Position numbers and translations under genes: made by a program. The notes below the pieces were generated by a model. The model was not told where the DNA came from and did no database searches. It was given only the letters and a program-made list of their open reading frames with translations. DNA of 64,000 bases from Lepidodermella squamata (lineage: Eukaryota > Animalia > Gastrotricha): NCBI GenBank assembly GCA_047495785.1, contig JBLDXI010000015.1, positions 4,030,001 to 4,094,000 of the forward strand. The letters run 5' to 3'. Position 1 is the stretch's first letter; each line of letters starts with the position of its first letter. Shown here one piece after another: positions 1 through 11,166 of this stretch.

Positions 1-1091
1 AAGGTCAAATCGAGGAAAAACATGAATCTTCGTCCTTTTCGCTCACTATTTTGCTTCCGGATCAGCCAATCGACCAAGCGAGGTGATGCGGCGCTGTATA
101 AAGTTATCAGGGTCCCAATGATGAATTGAATAACTATTAATAGCATGATATCCGTGACCTTTGAACTAGCTGGAATTTTCTGATCAACCGCGCCCTGGAG
201 GACCATGAAAGCCAACAGAACTTGGACTGAATAGTTAGCTCTGTCGTTAGAATTAGGCGGGATCAAGAGAGCGATTAATTGACAAATTGCAATAAAAGCA
301 CACGGCAACAGCATTGAGAATATTGCAGCTATCGGAACTCTCCGGAGAGTGATGTGAAATTTTACCTTCGGGAAGGTAAATGTTTCCCAACTTTCGTTTC
401 CAAAGCAGTTACGCTCAATTACAGCCCCCCTATCGTGCACTTTCCACGGCGCGTTGGTGCCTAGAAATTTAGGGTGTACATCGATGGTGACTTGGCTAAC
501 ATGGCTAAGCGGGCAATATTCGTAAATTCCGAACGTGATATCACACCGCTGCTTGTCGAACGGAAATTTCGTGAAATCGAACTCGCAAAGCGCATTCAAG
601 CTTTTCATCGGCGGATACCAAGTAACGTTACCGTCTGATGTTAGCAACACGTTTACAGTTCCGTCGAATTCCGACAGACCTGACTTCATCGCAGCGTGGA
701 TGTCGTCAACATTGTTAAGTTGGACGATGAACGGCTTGTAGACATCATTTTGCAAAAAATCGAGAGTGTGAATGTGTTCGAATTCAGGTATGTAGTCCCA
801 TCTTAGCGTTTCGTCATAATATACTATTTCTAGGTAATGATTAATTGAAATTGTCTCCGCAACATCGTCAATTCCCAGGGAAATTAGTGGCCTCATTGTC
901 AGCTGAAATTCAATTGTTTGATTCCATTTTCGGAAAGGCTTATCCAACGCGGTGATTCCTGATTTCTCGCGTCGGGTTTTCAGGAAAGCAGCCAATCGCC
1001 CGATATCGTTGCGTTCAAGTCGCGGATCCATTGCTGTGATTAGAGACAGTAGAGGACTTGTGGCTAGCACGAATGACGTAATAAGATACAT
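1..1091 (-). CDS. Divergent Cys-loop ligand-gated ion channel subunit (LGIC-1), intronless, 3' end runs off the window
   Basis: Absent from the ORF track. Manual translation from ATG at 1091 gives MYLITSFVLATSPLLSLITA (signal peptide), Cys-loop CEFDFTKFPFDKQRC (C-x13-C), pre-M1 HITLRR, M2 PPNSNDRANYSVQVLLAF. Open to position 1; paralogous to 24132-25298. Confidence 0.92.
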   Translation of the reverse strand, partial: MYLITSFVLATSPLLSLITAMDPRLERNDIGRLAAFLKTRREKSGITALDKPFRKWNQTIEFQLTMRPLISLGIDDVAETISINHYLEIVYYDETLRWDYIPEFEHIHTLDFLQNDVYKPFIVQLNNVDDIHAAMKSGLSEFDGTVNVLLTSDGNVTWYPPMKSLNALCEFDFTKFPFDKQRCDITFGIYEYCPLSHVSQVTIDVHPKFLGTNAPWKVHDRGAVIERNCFGNESWETFTFPKVKFHITLRRVPIAAIFSMLLPCAFIAICQLIALLIPPNSNDRANYSVQVLLAFMVLQGAVDQKIPASSKVTDIMLLIVIQFIIGTLITLYSAASPRLVDWLIRKQNSERKGRRFMFFLDLT

Positions 1092-1900
1092 TTCGACAAG
1101 GTCGAGATCAAAAAGACTGTTGACTAGGTCAGCTCAGAATATTTGCAATATTTCATGTGGGTTTGTTCCTGACAAGTGAGTGACGATGAATGAGTGCTTC
1201 AAATGTTTTTTTCTCATCGATTAAAAAAAAATTACTATTATTACTGATTTCATTTCACTTGCTATTTACCCAGGTCATATTTATTCTACCGAGATTCTAA
1301 TCGATGTTTCGTGTACCAAAAATGATGAAATTTAGGAGGAAACCGAGAATTTGAACTGCATCGTTGGAAAATTAGGATTCAAGCTGTTTACCGTTAGTTC
1401 TTTTACGCTTAAAATCGTCACTTACAACGATATCAGGGTGTAAGGGAATAAGCGAATTGCTAAATACTGCCAGCGTTTTAAAAAGCCCAGCTTAATGACA
1501 TTATTTGAAATGATCGTTTCAAAAAATAACAACATTTAAAAGGGAAAACAAAATCAAACGTTGACGTTTATGAGTGAACGAAACACAGAATTCAAATAAT
1601 GTTGGCCCACACACGGCCTCGAAGCGAAAGAAGTAATAATTGGGGTCACATTGCGGGCGGCGGCGCAGTATAATAAAACGGCGTTAGGGCCGTGCCGCGA
1701 TTTTTTCATTATGAGTCATATTCGCTTTTTGTGTAAAATGCAAACGCGTGCCGAGTGTTTTTTGCTGACGGCTCGCTCGAAAGTGTTTTGAGTCGAGCTT
1801 TCCCGGTATAAGCTGAACAGCGACGCAAAGAACGTTGAAATTCCTCGCATTTTAGCCTGTTATTTATTCAAATTTTAGATTTTCTGATTTGATTATTATC

Positions 1901-3351
1901 ATGGCTGATCAACCTGTAATCGACACGTTAATTTACCTTCCGGAAAGCCCTAACCGCCCGTTGAAAAACGACTCCACTCGAGCGTTTTGTTTGACAATGG
2001 AAATTTCGCTCGAACTCCTGAAAACTTGCCCGCCGAGCTCCAGCTTGATCGATTCCGCTATTTCCAAATGCAGCAATCTACCTAGCAATTTTGAAGATGA
2101 ATTTTTGGTCGAGTCGTTTGATGAAGTCACAAAACCTCGCTGCTACTCCGCATGTTTCAACAAACTTAACGACAACCGTTGCGTCGACTCGATCGATGCG
2201 GTTCAAAGTGTAATTCGCGAAAATCGTAAAAACATTCCTTTCCTCATTTTTCTTTCGCGAAACTGCGGTGGGCAATTTGTTTCGATTGTAATTAGTGGCA
2301 GCGATAATTTCTTCATCGTTGAGTCTGGCCTGGCTTCAATAACAAAAATCAATTCCATCTCAAACTTGGTATTTCGTCTCGGAAAATTGTGGCCGATGTC
2401 CTCGGAGGATTCAACAGATTTGAACATTTTGGCGCTGAAAATGAAGGATGATGACGAGAGCGGCGAAGGAGCAGATGATCTGAAGGCGATCGTCGAGGCT
2501 CTCCGACTAGAAAATGACCGACTTCGAAGCCAACTCGCAATTATAAATCGAACCCTGGAAATCCCGAACAAGGTCTGAGGCGAAAAGCTTTGTCTTCATT
2601 ACCACCGCTCATTTCGATACCAGAAAATGCAGAAAGCCAAAAATTTCGGGAAGACACGTTCTATTGCCCGATTTGCCTTGAAATTCACTCGGAAGAATTT
2701 GTGTTTTTCATTTCTAATTGCCCGCACCGATTTTGTCGCGCCTGCTCGTTGAAATTCGCTCAAACCGCCGTCGGAGAGCGCTTGATTCCAGTTCGTTGTC
2801 CCGTTCAAGAATGCCGAAGTGAAATTGGCGTTTCAGATCTGGAACTAATTCTTCCACCTGATGATCTCGCCCGGTTGATTAGCTTTACGTTGGACCAAGC
2901 GTTGACAGATATGAATTACGTTCGCTGCCCACAGCCAAACTGTCATGGTGTTGTTGAGCTGTTAGCCCCTCGCCAGAAATTTACCTGCCCGATATGCGCC
3001 TATCAAATGTGTACTGATTGCCGTCGTCGTTGGCATTTTGGCTACTCCTGCGATGGGAAAGCTGATTGGCTGGAGGAAGACCGAGCCGCAGCTTGTCTAC
3101 CCCGCCAGCCAGTTGCTGATAACAAAGCTCAATTCCGCGAGTTTTACAATGCCAAGCAGCTTCAAACCTGTCCGAAATGCGGTCAAATTGTCGAGAAAAC
3201 GGAAGGCTGCAACCACATACCTTGCCGATGTGGCTGGGATTTCTGTTACCTTTGTGGCGAATCGATTCAGTTCAGCCGCAACGGGTATTCGAAGCATGCG
3301 TGCCAAGGTCCCGCCGCTTCTGCTGCTTCAATCCGTTCACTCCGTTTCTGA
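1901..3351 (+). CDS. Gene A1: degenerate VTD-like (pseudo-DUB) domain + coiled coil + RBR E3 ligase (RING1-IBR-RING2), split by a -1 frame break at about 2518-2578
   Basis: ORF 1901-2578 aligns by eye with the gene B DUB domain. ORF 2590-3351 has RING1 (CPIC..CPHRFCRAC..CPVQEC), IBR (CPQPNC..CPIC..CTDC..WH..C) and RING2 (CPKC..EGCNHIPCRCGWDFCYLC). The second ORF has no ATG before RING1, so the two ORFs are probably one gene. Confidence 0.8.
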
Positions 3352-3622
3352 TATCACATTTTTGAAAAATCAATTCGCTAATTAATTGCTCAGTAATTTT
3401 TAACGGTTTCATCGATAACCAACAATTATACCCTAATTTTTCTTTCACGTCTTGTGCCATTTTCAGTCTTATATGTGCCAATATCGGCCAAGCCATTCTG
3501 TGCAAAGTTGCCTCAGCTTATCTTAGCATCTTAACAAACCTTACAATTTTACCGATTATGAAATAAAAAATCGCAATATTTTTTCTTAATTTGTAGGATT
3601 ATTAGTCTTTTTTGCTGTTTCG

Positions 3623-5349
3623 ATGGCTAATTTCAGCGGAAGGTTTTCGGGCACTGTGTAAGTTATATTTTTTGCGAAGTTTGAGGTAGTTTATTAGGCA
3701 AAATTAACCGGCAAAATTTCAAACAAGCTTCAGATTTTAGAAATTTTCTGAATTTGTTTTTCAAGCGTGAAAAAATCCGGCGCATTGTAGATCGTTCCAT
3801 GCTCAAATTCCAGAAGGCCTTCAATTTATTAGTAGATTCGATAGTTGGAATATTCTATTATTACTTCTGTTTGACTATAGGAAGAATTTGATTAGCTTCA
3901 ATAGCGAAGAGCGTAAGGAAGAAAAGCTGTATTCAAGCTCGTCTCGACGCACCGCTGAAGTTTTGGAGTTCCCTAGAACTCCCCCAGGCCTGCCAATGAT
4001 TGATCGAGTTGAAGCCGAACGAAGCCAGTACGATGTAAACAGTGAATCCGCTTGCACTCTGATGGCTACAGAAGCGATTCTAAGGTTGCTGAGTGAGGAT
4101 GAAGCCACAGGCAACATGACTCGACCGACTCGACAAATTTTGGAGGAAATTCTTGACACCTGTTCGAACGTCAAATGCGACCATCTAGCTGTTCAAGACC
4201 TCGTAGGCGGTAGCGTTTCTCGCTATTCAAAAGGCTTGAATTTCCACAAGGAAGAGCAACTCCCACTGGAGGATATTCGAAAACTTGCAAAGCTGGTTGC
4301 GAGAGCTGAAGATCGTGGTTCGTTTGCTTTATTGCTCACAAAACCACCTGAATCGATTGCGTTAATCGTCCAATCCGCGACTCGCATCATCGTTTTCGAT
4401 TCGCATCGCCGTCCCCATACTTCAGGCGCTTATTTCGCTGTTGGAAATTCAATGCCGCTGATATTGAAGGAAATTCAATCGATTTGGCCGATCACCGACC
4501 CAGGAATCGGCTACGGAGCGGCTTTACAGTTGGATATGCTTAACACCCTTCAGTTTGCAGTTTTGACGAGAAAGCCGATTCCTCTTGAGCAGCTGCCTGC
4601 GCTTGATCTGTTGCCATTTCTTCATTCTGGCTTGGAGGGTAAAGTTTCGGCGTTGAGTAAGCAGGTCTCCGATCTATCCAGAGAGCTTAAAACTGCTCAG
4701 GTAAACAATTTGACCGCTAACAAGTAAAAATAGGGTTGATTATCAAATTTCCTGAATTTTCCAAAAAATTGCTCAGAATTGAAAACTTTGCCATGATTTT
4801 CAAAAAAATTGAATATATTAGATAAAACGATCATTTCCGAATTCAAACCCATTTTCGTGCTTTTTCTTGCAGTCTCAAATCGTCCAGCTGACGGAACAGA
4901 ATGCTAATATGGTTTCTGAGTTATCGCGATTTTTTACCAGTCTTGTGCGTGTTCAAGCAACATCAGCAGCGAACAATCTCGAAGCGATTAACAAACTCGC
5001 TCAAGATTTCAATTTTCCTCTCAACCGAGAAGTAGTGGCTCCGACGAGTGTCCTGCTGACCCCGACCCCACCGCCAGCTGCCGAGGCACCCATCAGCCGT
5101 TTCAAATGTTGCCAATGCGAGAAGGTCATGTCAAAAGAGTACGTCTTCAGCATGTCGACGTGTCCTCACGAGATGTGCCGCCCTTGTGCTGGTCTATTCA
5201 TCGGCGGGAAAATTCGCGATCGCAGTTATCCGATTTCGTGCCCGATGGCGAAGTGCCGCAAAAAGATGGACGCCGACGATATTGTTCTGGTTTTGACTGA
5301 AGAGCAAATGGCGAAATTCAGCGAACATCAACAACGATTTCAAGTCTGA
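3623..5349 (+). CDS. Gene B1: VTD/herpes-tegument-like deubiquitinase + coiled coil + single RING1-type zinc finger
   Basis: Exons 3623-3657, 3881-4700, 4873-5349 are joined in frame by GT-AG introns. Motifs: RSQY..SACTLMA (Cys codon 4053-4055), LLLTKPPE, FDSH (His 4404-4406), heptad region, CCQC..CPHEMCRPC..CPMAKC. Confidence 0.85.
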
Positions 5350-5477
5350 ATCTTAAAGCTCATCGAACTTCTAATTGAATTGACCTTAAATCAATAATTT
5401 GAAATATAGTGTTCAATATAATCAATTTAGGTCATGCTATAATGATTAGTCTTTAAATAGGAATATTTTGAGATAAA

Positions 5478-7180
5478 ATGGCTTCTCTGCTTAGAAAAAA
5501 TGAACCTTTCCTATGTTTGAAATGCCGTAATATGTCGAGTTTTGAGGACATTTTCGAATCGTCGAATTGCCGGCATCAGTTTTGTCGTAGCTGCGTCTCA
5601 ACCTTTCTACTCGACCATCACCTGCTACGCTGTCCGATTTACCCGCAATGCAAGGCGGAAATGTCGCGCCACGACGCTGCTCTCGTGATCTCGTGATAGA
5701 ATTCTGTACATCGGATTTCACTGGTTTCGAGCTCGAGTTCGCGTCTGACGAACCTGGCCGCGAATCGCCAAGTTTGACACCAGCTGAGCCTGAAGCCCTC
5801 GATTGTGGTATATGTGGTCTGGTAGCCTCGATGGAAGATTTATTCGAAATTTCTACTGTTTGCTCGCATAAGATTTGCCGTGTTTGCTCAGCTTCGTTGC
5901 TGACAAATTCTCCTTATTCAAGTGTAACTAATTGTCTGGTTCCTGGCTGCTTGGTCAAATTTGAGCCGGATCGCGAAGATTTGCTATTCCAGTTTGTTGA
6001 TTTGACGCTGACCCCTCCTCCGGAAACTTTCTCCTGCGAGATTTGCTTGACGACCAAAGACATTTTCGACGTGTTTAAAATTCGCGATTGTCAGCACCAG
6101 ATTTGCCGCGAATGTGCTCGCGATTACATCCGCTCGCTGACTGCCGATATGAAGGAGATGGCGTGTCCTATGCCTTCTTGCAAGGTTAAAAAAAATAGCT
6201 TCATTTTTTTAAATTTTTATCAATTAATTCTTTCATTTCTTCTATAACTAATATATCATAATTTAAATGAATAAAACAAAACTAATAATACCGAAATTAA
6301 TTAATTAACCCCTCCCCCCCTCCAGTGAATACCCTCCAGTGAATACCGGAGGGCTAGGTAATTCTGGACTAAACCATTTCGAGGTTTAGATTCAGTCTCA
6401 ATTCAGAAATTTATGATACCTAAAACTTATCTGCAAAATTTGAAGATTTTACGATTTTGTACCTGATTTTTGGTGATCGGAAACATCTTTTAATAAATTT
6501 GGGCAATTAGCGGGTAATTTTGGAGGCTCATTTGCATATGGATTGGCTTTGTGTGCTTTTAAATAATTTGTATTGAGTTGGGCCAAATTTCGGAAAAATT
6601 GCATCATTTTTTTGAAAAATTGAGATTTTTCGGTACATTCAATACTTTATAATATATTTGAAAATTTAAGGGGGTGCTAACACTGGAAGATGCGGAAATG
6701 GTTGTCCAAGCCGATGAGATGAAGCGCCTTATTGACATGCTGCTTAAAGCCGCTGTCACCGACTGCTTCCATTGCCCGAAGCCAGACTGCCCCGGCCTGG
6801 CTGAGATGGTCGCACCTCGCGTTCTTTTCATCTGCCCAGTTTGCAACTACCACATGTGTACGCAATGCAACGCTGACTGGCATGCGACAGTCACCTGTGA
6901 TGAGTACGCGAAATGGCGCGAAGAAAACGGAGTTGCGGATGCTCGATTCGATGACTACGTCCGCGATTGGAAGGTCCAGGTTTGCCTGAATTGCAGGCAG
7001 GGCGTCGAAAAAACCGAGGGCTGCAACCACATCATTTGCAGTTGTGGAGCTCAGTTTTGGTAAAATAACCTTCTTCAACGTAATAATTCCTTATTTAATA
7101 CTTTTTCTCATTTCAGCTATCTATGCGGAAAGCGTACCCTCAAAGTTGACTGGTCAAAACACGGCAATTGTCAGTTGTAA
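5478..7180 (+). pseudogene. Gene C1: poly-RING RBR E3 ligase, frameshifted near 5690
   Basis: Exons 5478-6184, 6671-7059, 7117-7180 (spliced RING2 ...GAQFCYLCGK). Net 7 nt shorter than C2 at CTCGTGATCTCGTGAT, giving a stop at 5696. Confidence 0.8.
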
Positions 7181-7313
7181 TTATGATAATATTGTTTAGA
7201 AACAGCAACTTGTGAATTATGCTCCGAATTTGAAATAATGCCTGCAAAGTGTCGCATGAATAACTTGACCTTTATCACGGTGAGATGATGAATCAGCAAT
7301 AAAATATTAAGAT

Positions 7314-7440
7314 TTATAAATTTATCATCTCGCTCAGCATTTTCAGACTTGTCAAAATGTATCACGGCGGTCAGCTGAGTTTTGCTTCCTTAACCGAATA
7401 AATACACTTAATAGGAAAGGAGAGGCGGCGCAATATGCGG
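7314..7440 (-). pseudogene. 3' remnant of a Cys-loop channel gene (copy of 24132-24305)
   Basis: Sequence TTTATCATCTCGCTCAGCATTTT...GGAGAGGCGGCGCAATATGCGG matches the M3-M4 end of LGIC-2, with an internal deletion; homology stops abruptly at about 7440. Confidence 0.85.
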
Positions 7441-9018
7441 GTCCCAGAGGCAACGTTTTGCCGGCTCGGATTAGATCGGCAACCACCTCAAGACACCCAT
7501 AATGGTAATCAAATAATTTGCCGGAGTGAGAAGTGGTCAGGTCAGCAATCACCTTGGAGAGCTCGAAGCTCGAACACCCGCCGGTATCTGCCGCGTGGGT
7601 CGCGATTTGCTATCAATTTTGGAACTTTTTTTTCCTTCATACGAAATGGCTTTGAATTGATCATCAAAATCGATATCGCCGTTCTCTTGATACTCAACCT
7701 GGGTCACGAAAGAATGCGTCGAGGTACCTCGGATGAAAGAGGGTTACATCGAAAAGAGACATGTCGCCGTCCGTCGGCGAAATTGTTGAATTTCAATTAA
7801 TTGAAATATTCAAATTCAAATTAATAATTCAAATATTCAAATGATCAAATATTCAAATAATTCAAATTAATTGAATTATTTTGACGGCAAAATAAGATGT
7901 GGTGGCAGGGAGTTGACTATGAACATGAACACGTCGTGGGCGTGGTGACGTAGTCGACCATGGCCGTCGGGTACTGCTGCCTGACCAAGGTCAGCGATGC
8001 CGTCTTCAGACAAACCAGGGATCGGTAGAAAAGAACCATTGCCTATCTGCGAAAATATATATATATATAGTTGGAGCCCAGATTTCCCGTCACCTGATTT
8101 TCCGTCTGACGGGAAATCGCGATATATAAATATTTAGGAGCGACTTGGACCCGTGGAGTGCAATTACATGCAAAACTACCTAGATTTCCCGTCAATTTTG
8201 ATTTCCTGTCAGGATTTTCGTGGAACCGCAGAAGACGGGAAATCGGGCGGGTTCCACACTAGAAAAAATTAACCCCTGATCAGGGGTCAGCTGTTTAAAC
8301 CGTTTTACTGATCAGCATGAAAACGGGACAACCCCTGATAATCGCAGACGCCAGCTGATAATCCATGCCATTTTCATGCTGATCAGCATGACTTTGCTGA
8401 TCAGGGGTCAAAAGTGTGCATTCGCTAATTAAACACGTGTGCATATGCAAATTTGGCTGCATGTTCAATCCAGGCTTGCGTCGGAAGGTCCATATTTTCG
8501 AAAAAGCAAATTATTTCACACGCGAACTCTATTACTTCAGCTGTTAACTCGAATTCTACTTATCAGCGAGTCGCCTTTCAGCCTAAAAACTTGAGGGCCA
8601 CCACTGATATCTGTCTGCCAAGCTAATTGTATTTATAAAGAACTATTTCTTTTTTTCAACTTTTTGTTCCGGTTCTACTTGCTTTGCCTCAATAACAGTA
8701 GTGCTATTTGCCTCTGTTAGTTTTCTCCAATTCGTAAGTTTTCCCCGACTTCAAGTGCTGCCAAATTTCGTTTTTAGTGATTATTTCCTTTTTAAAGTCA
8801 CTTTAAATTCACTTTTCATTCAGGAAGTATAAATTAGTATACTAAACTTTTTTTCCAGTTTTCCCGATCCGAGAATTTGGGCTCAAAGTCCAAATTTTGC
8901 CTTGTAATATTTTCTGAAATAAAAACTTTTTTCCTTGACATTTTCTTTTCTTTTCGACCTTGCGGTTCGGAATTAAATCTAAATTTTATTGGCCCATCCT
9001 TTCTTCTCTTCTTTCTCC

Positions 9019-11166
9019 ATGATCACCGTTTCTAATACGGGTGATCTTCTAATGCGTTTCGACGGTGAAGGCGAAATGCCTGATCCACACAGTGTGTCGC
9101 CTACTGCCCCGTCCGCAACGCCGCAGCTTGCTGAGTTCCTGATCCAGGCTGGTCCTCAGCCTAGTACTAGTGTCCCCAAAAAAAATAAAGGTGCAAGCGC
9201 TATGAAGTTAGGCTCGCAGGTTGACTCGACGTCCCTGTTAACAAAGAGCGGGATCGGTTCAAGTTTAGGGGTTTCAAGCGCTTCTCAGTTAGACCCGAGA
9301 GTTGACTCGACGTCCTCTGCGGCTGGGCTCGGTTCAAGCTTTAAGGGGCCCTCTCCCACCTCAGGTGAAACTGTTAAACGGAAGTCTGACAGCTCACCTG
9401 ACAGTAAGGTACGCAAGATAGCTTCAACAGTGAGGCTATCTGCATCTTCCAACGAGGAGTCCGATGCTGTCGTCGAGAACCAGGAGATGGATGCCGAGGA
9501 TCAGGAAGAAGGTCAGCTCGTCGACCCAATCGGTGATCTGAGTAGCAGCGACCCCGATACCGACGGCGACGATGACGAGGATGACGATGAAGACGAAGGT
9601 GAAATGGAGTGGCAAACTGTCAATGACTCGTCCAAGTCCAGGTTCCGTATCGTGATAGTCGACGGAATATCGCCGATTTTCTCGACCATCTACATGTGCC
9701 TGAGAGAGCTGAATCGCGTGGCCCCAGACGTGAAACATGTTCGCGTCTGGGTGTATCCCCGTGGTGCGTTTGGCATGCTCTGCAAGGACTTGGCCAGCGT
9801 CACCGCGGTCCTCAGCAAGGCCAACTGGCCTGAGGACGCCTTTGGTGGGAGAGCCCGACCCCATAGGCCATCCAAGGTAGAAGTGGATGAGGCACCAGGT
9901 GCCAAGGCGGTGTTAGAAGCGCAAGTTCCAAGCGGCGAGCAAGCGGCACGCATGGAAGCTCGAGCCAAGCATTTGGACGAAGACCGGCGTAAAGCCGTGT
10001 GCGTCAACTTCTTCGACGGGGCCTCTGTTGACGACATCCTCGACGGTTGGGAAGACGTCGTAGATCAGGTCTGGCCTATCAAAGGCACTACGACGTGCTT
10101 CGGGGTTCTCTGCAAATCGGTGCGTCTCTGCGAGGAACTCGTGGCCAGAGGGCGCGATTTCCTTGGCCTCCGCATAGCCGCCAGGGTGTGGCGTTCCGAC
10201 CCAGAGGTAGAGATATGTGGCAGGTGTCTCAACATCGGCCATCTCACTGGGAACTGTCGAGCGGCTCTCCGGTGTTCTACCTGTGGGCAAGTAGGCCATG
10301 AAGGCAGTAGTTGCAAACAGCAGGCGAAGAGGTGCGCCAGATGCGATGGCAATCACTCCGGCTTCTACCGAGGTTGCCTTATCGTGAAGAACGAGGCCGA
10401 GCGTCGCCGCAAAGCCGATGAAGCCGAAGCCCGAGCCATTCGTAACCGAAGTACCGGAGATGCCAACCTCCGTAATGGCATGTCGTTTGCAGGAGCAGCC
10501 GGAGGTGGATACGCACAACCACCACCAGTACCACCACCTGTACCACCACCTGTACCACCACCTGTACCGCAACCAGCACCACCACCTGTACCGCAACCAG
10601 GACCACCAGGATTCAATGGAACCCGGCCCTACCAGAGACCGGCGTCTCACAACAACCACCAGAACGAGTCAACGCTAGCACCGGACGAACGAAGCGAGCT
10701 AACCACTCTACGGTTTAGCGTAGCCGCACAGGCGGCTGAAATTGATCGGCTAAACAGTTCTGTTGAGCGGTTGACGGCTGCCCTTGAGAAGTTACTCAAC
10801 CAAGGTCCTTCGATGCCAGCAATAGTACCACAACCGGTCGCACAACCGATTCCGCTCCAGGAAATGGAAGATCGTCTATTTGCAAGGATAATGGATGCGT
10901 TCAGCCGATGCAAGAACGCAGGCGATATGCGGGCCCAAGCATTCCCGCAGCAAGTCATTGCTCGCCCAACCATGTTGCCTTCGTCGAACATGGTTGTCCA
11001 TTCTCCTTCGCACTACAGCGTCGAGGGCCAGAATGCAGTACCTTTTCAATGGGACGCTGGCCAGCTTGGTCAAGCCATGGTGATCCAGCCGCAGTTCAGC
11101 CAACAGCCTACTTTCGTTCAGCGACCATTCTCTGGAGTGCCCCTTCAATACTCCAATAATGCCTAG
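9019..11166 (+). CDS. LINE ORF1 (gag-like nucleic-acid-binding protein)
   Basis: Three CCHC-type knuckles (CGRCLNIGHLTGNC, CSTCGQVGHEGSSC, CARCDGNHSGFYRGC), acidic tract, Pro-rich repeat, coiled coil. First ATG is at 9019. Confidence 0.9.
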   Translation: MITVSNTGDLLMRFDGEGEMPDPHSVSPTAPSATPQLAEFLIQAGPQPSTSVPKKNKGASAMKLGSQVDSTSLLTKSGIGSSLGVSSASQLDPRVDSTSSAAGLGSSFKGPSPTSGETVKRKSDSSPDSKVRKIASTVRLSASSNEESDAVVENQEMDAEDQEEGQLVDPIGDLSSSDPDTDGDDDEDDDEDEGEMEWQTVNDSSKSRFRIVIVDGISPIFSTIYMCLRELNRVAPDVKHVRVWVYPRGAFGMLCKDLASVTAVLSKANWPEDAFGGRARPHRPSKVEVDEAPGAKAVLEAQVPSGEQAARMEARAKHLDEDRRKAVCVNFFDGASVDDILDGWEDVVDQVWPIKGTTTCFGVLCKSVRLCEELVARGRDFLGLRIAARVWRSDPEVEICGRCLNIGHLTGNCRAALRCSTCGQVGHEGSSCKQQAKRCARCDGNHSGFYRGCLIVKNEAERRRKADEAEARAIRNRSTGDANLRNGMSFAGAAGGGYAQPPPVPPPVPPPVPPPVPQPAPPPVPQPGPPGFNGTRPYQRPASHNNHQNESTLAPDERSELTTLRFSVAAQAAEIDRLNSSVERLTAALEKLLNQGPSMPAIVPQPVAQPIPLQEMEDRLFARIMDAFSRCKNAGDMRAQAFPQQVIARPTMLPSSNMVVHSPSHYSVEGQNAVPFQWDAGQLGQAMVIQPQFSQQPTFVQRPFSGVPLQYSNNA
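10518..10610 (+). repeat. Coding minisatellite (CCACCACCTGTA)n encoding PPPV repeats in LINE ORF1
   Basis: Directly visible 12-bp unit repeated with variants. Confidence 0.9.

Noticed and set aside
3881-4700. Endogenous herpesvirus as the source of the tegument-like DUB
   Set aside because: No other viral genes; genes have spliceosomal introns and host-type RING fusions; cellular VTD homologues are known.
5344-5477. Splicing of B into C to make one long DUB-RBR protein
   Set aside because: The candidate donor at 5344 does not join in frame and is not conserved; acceptor-to-ATG distances vary by non-multiples of three among copies.
8560-8635. HDV-like ribozyme at the LINE 5' end
   Set aside because: A GCTAAT motif is present but I could not build the double pseudoknot by eye.
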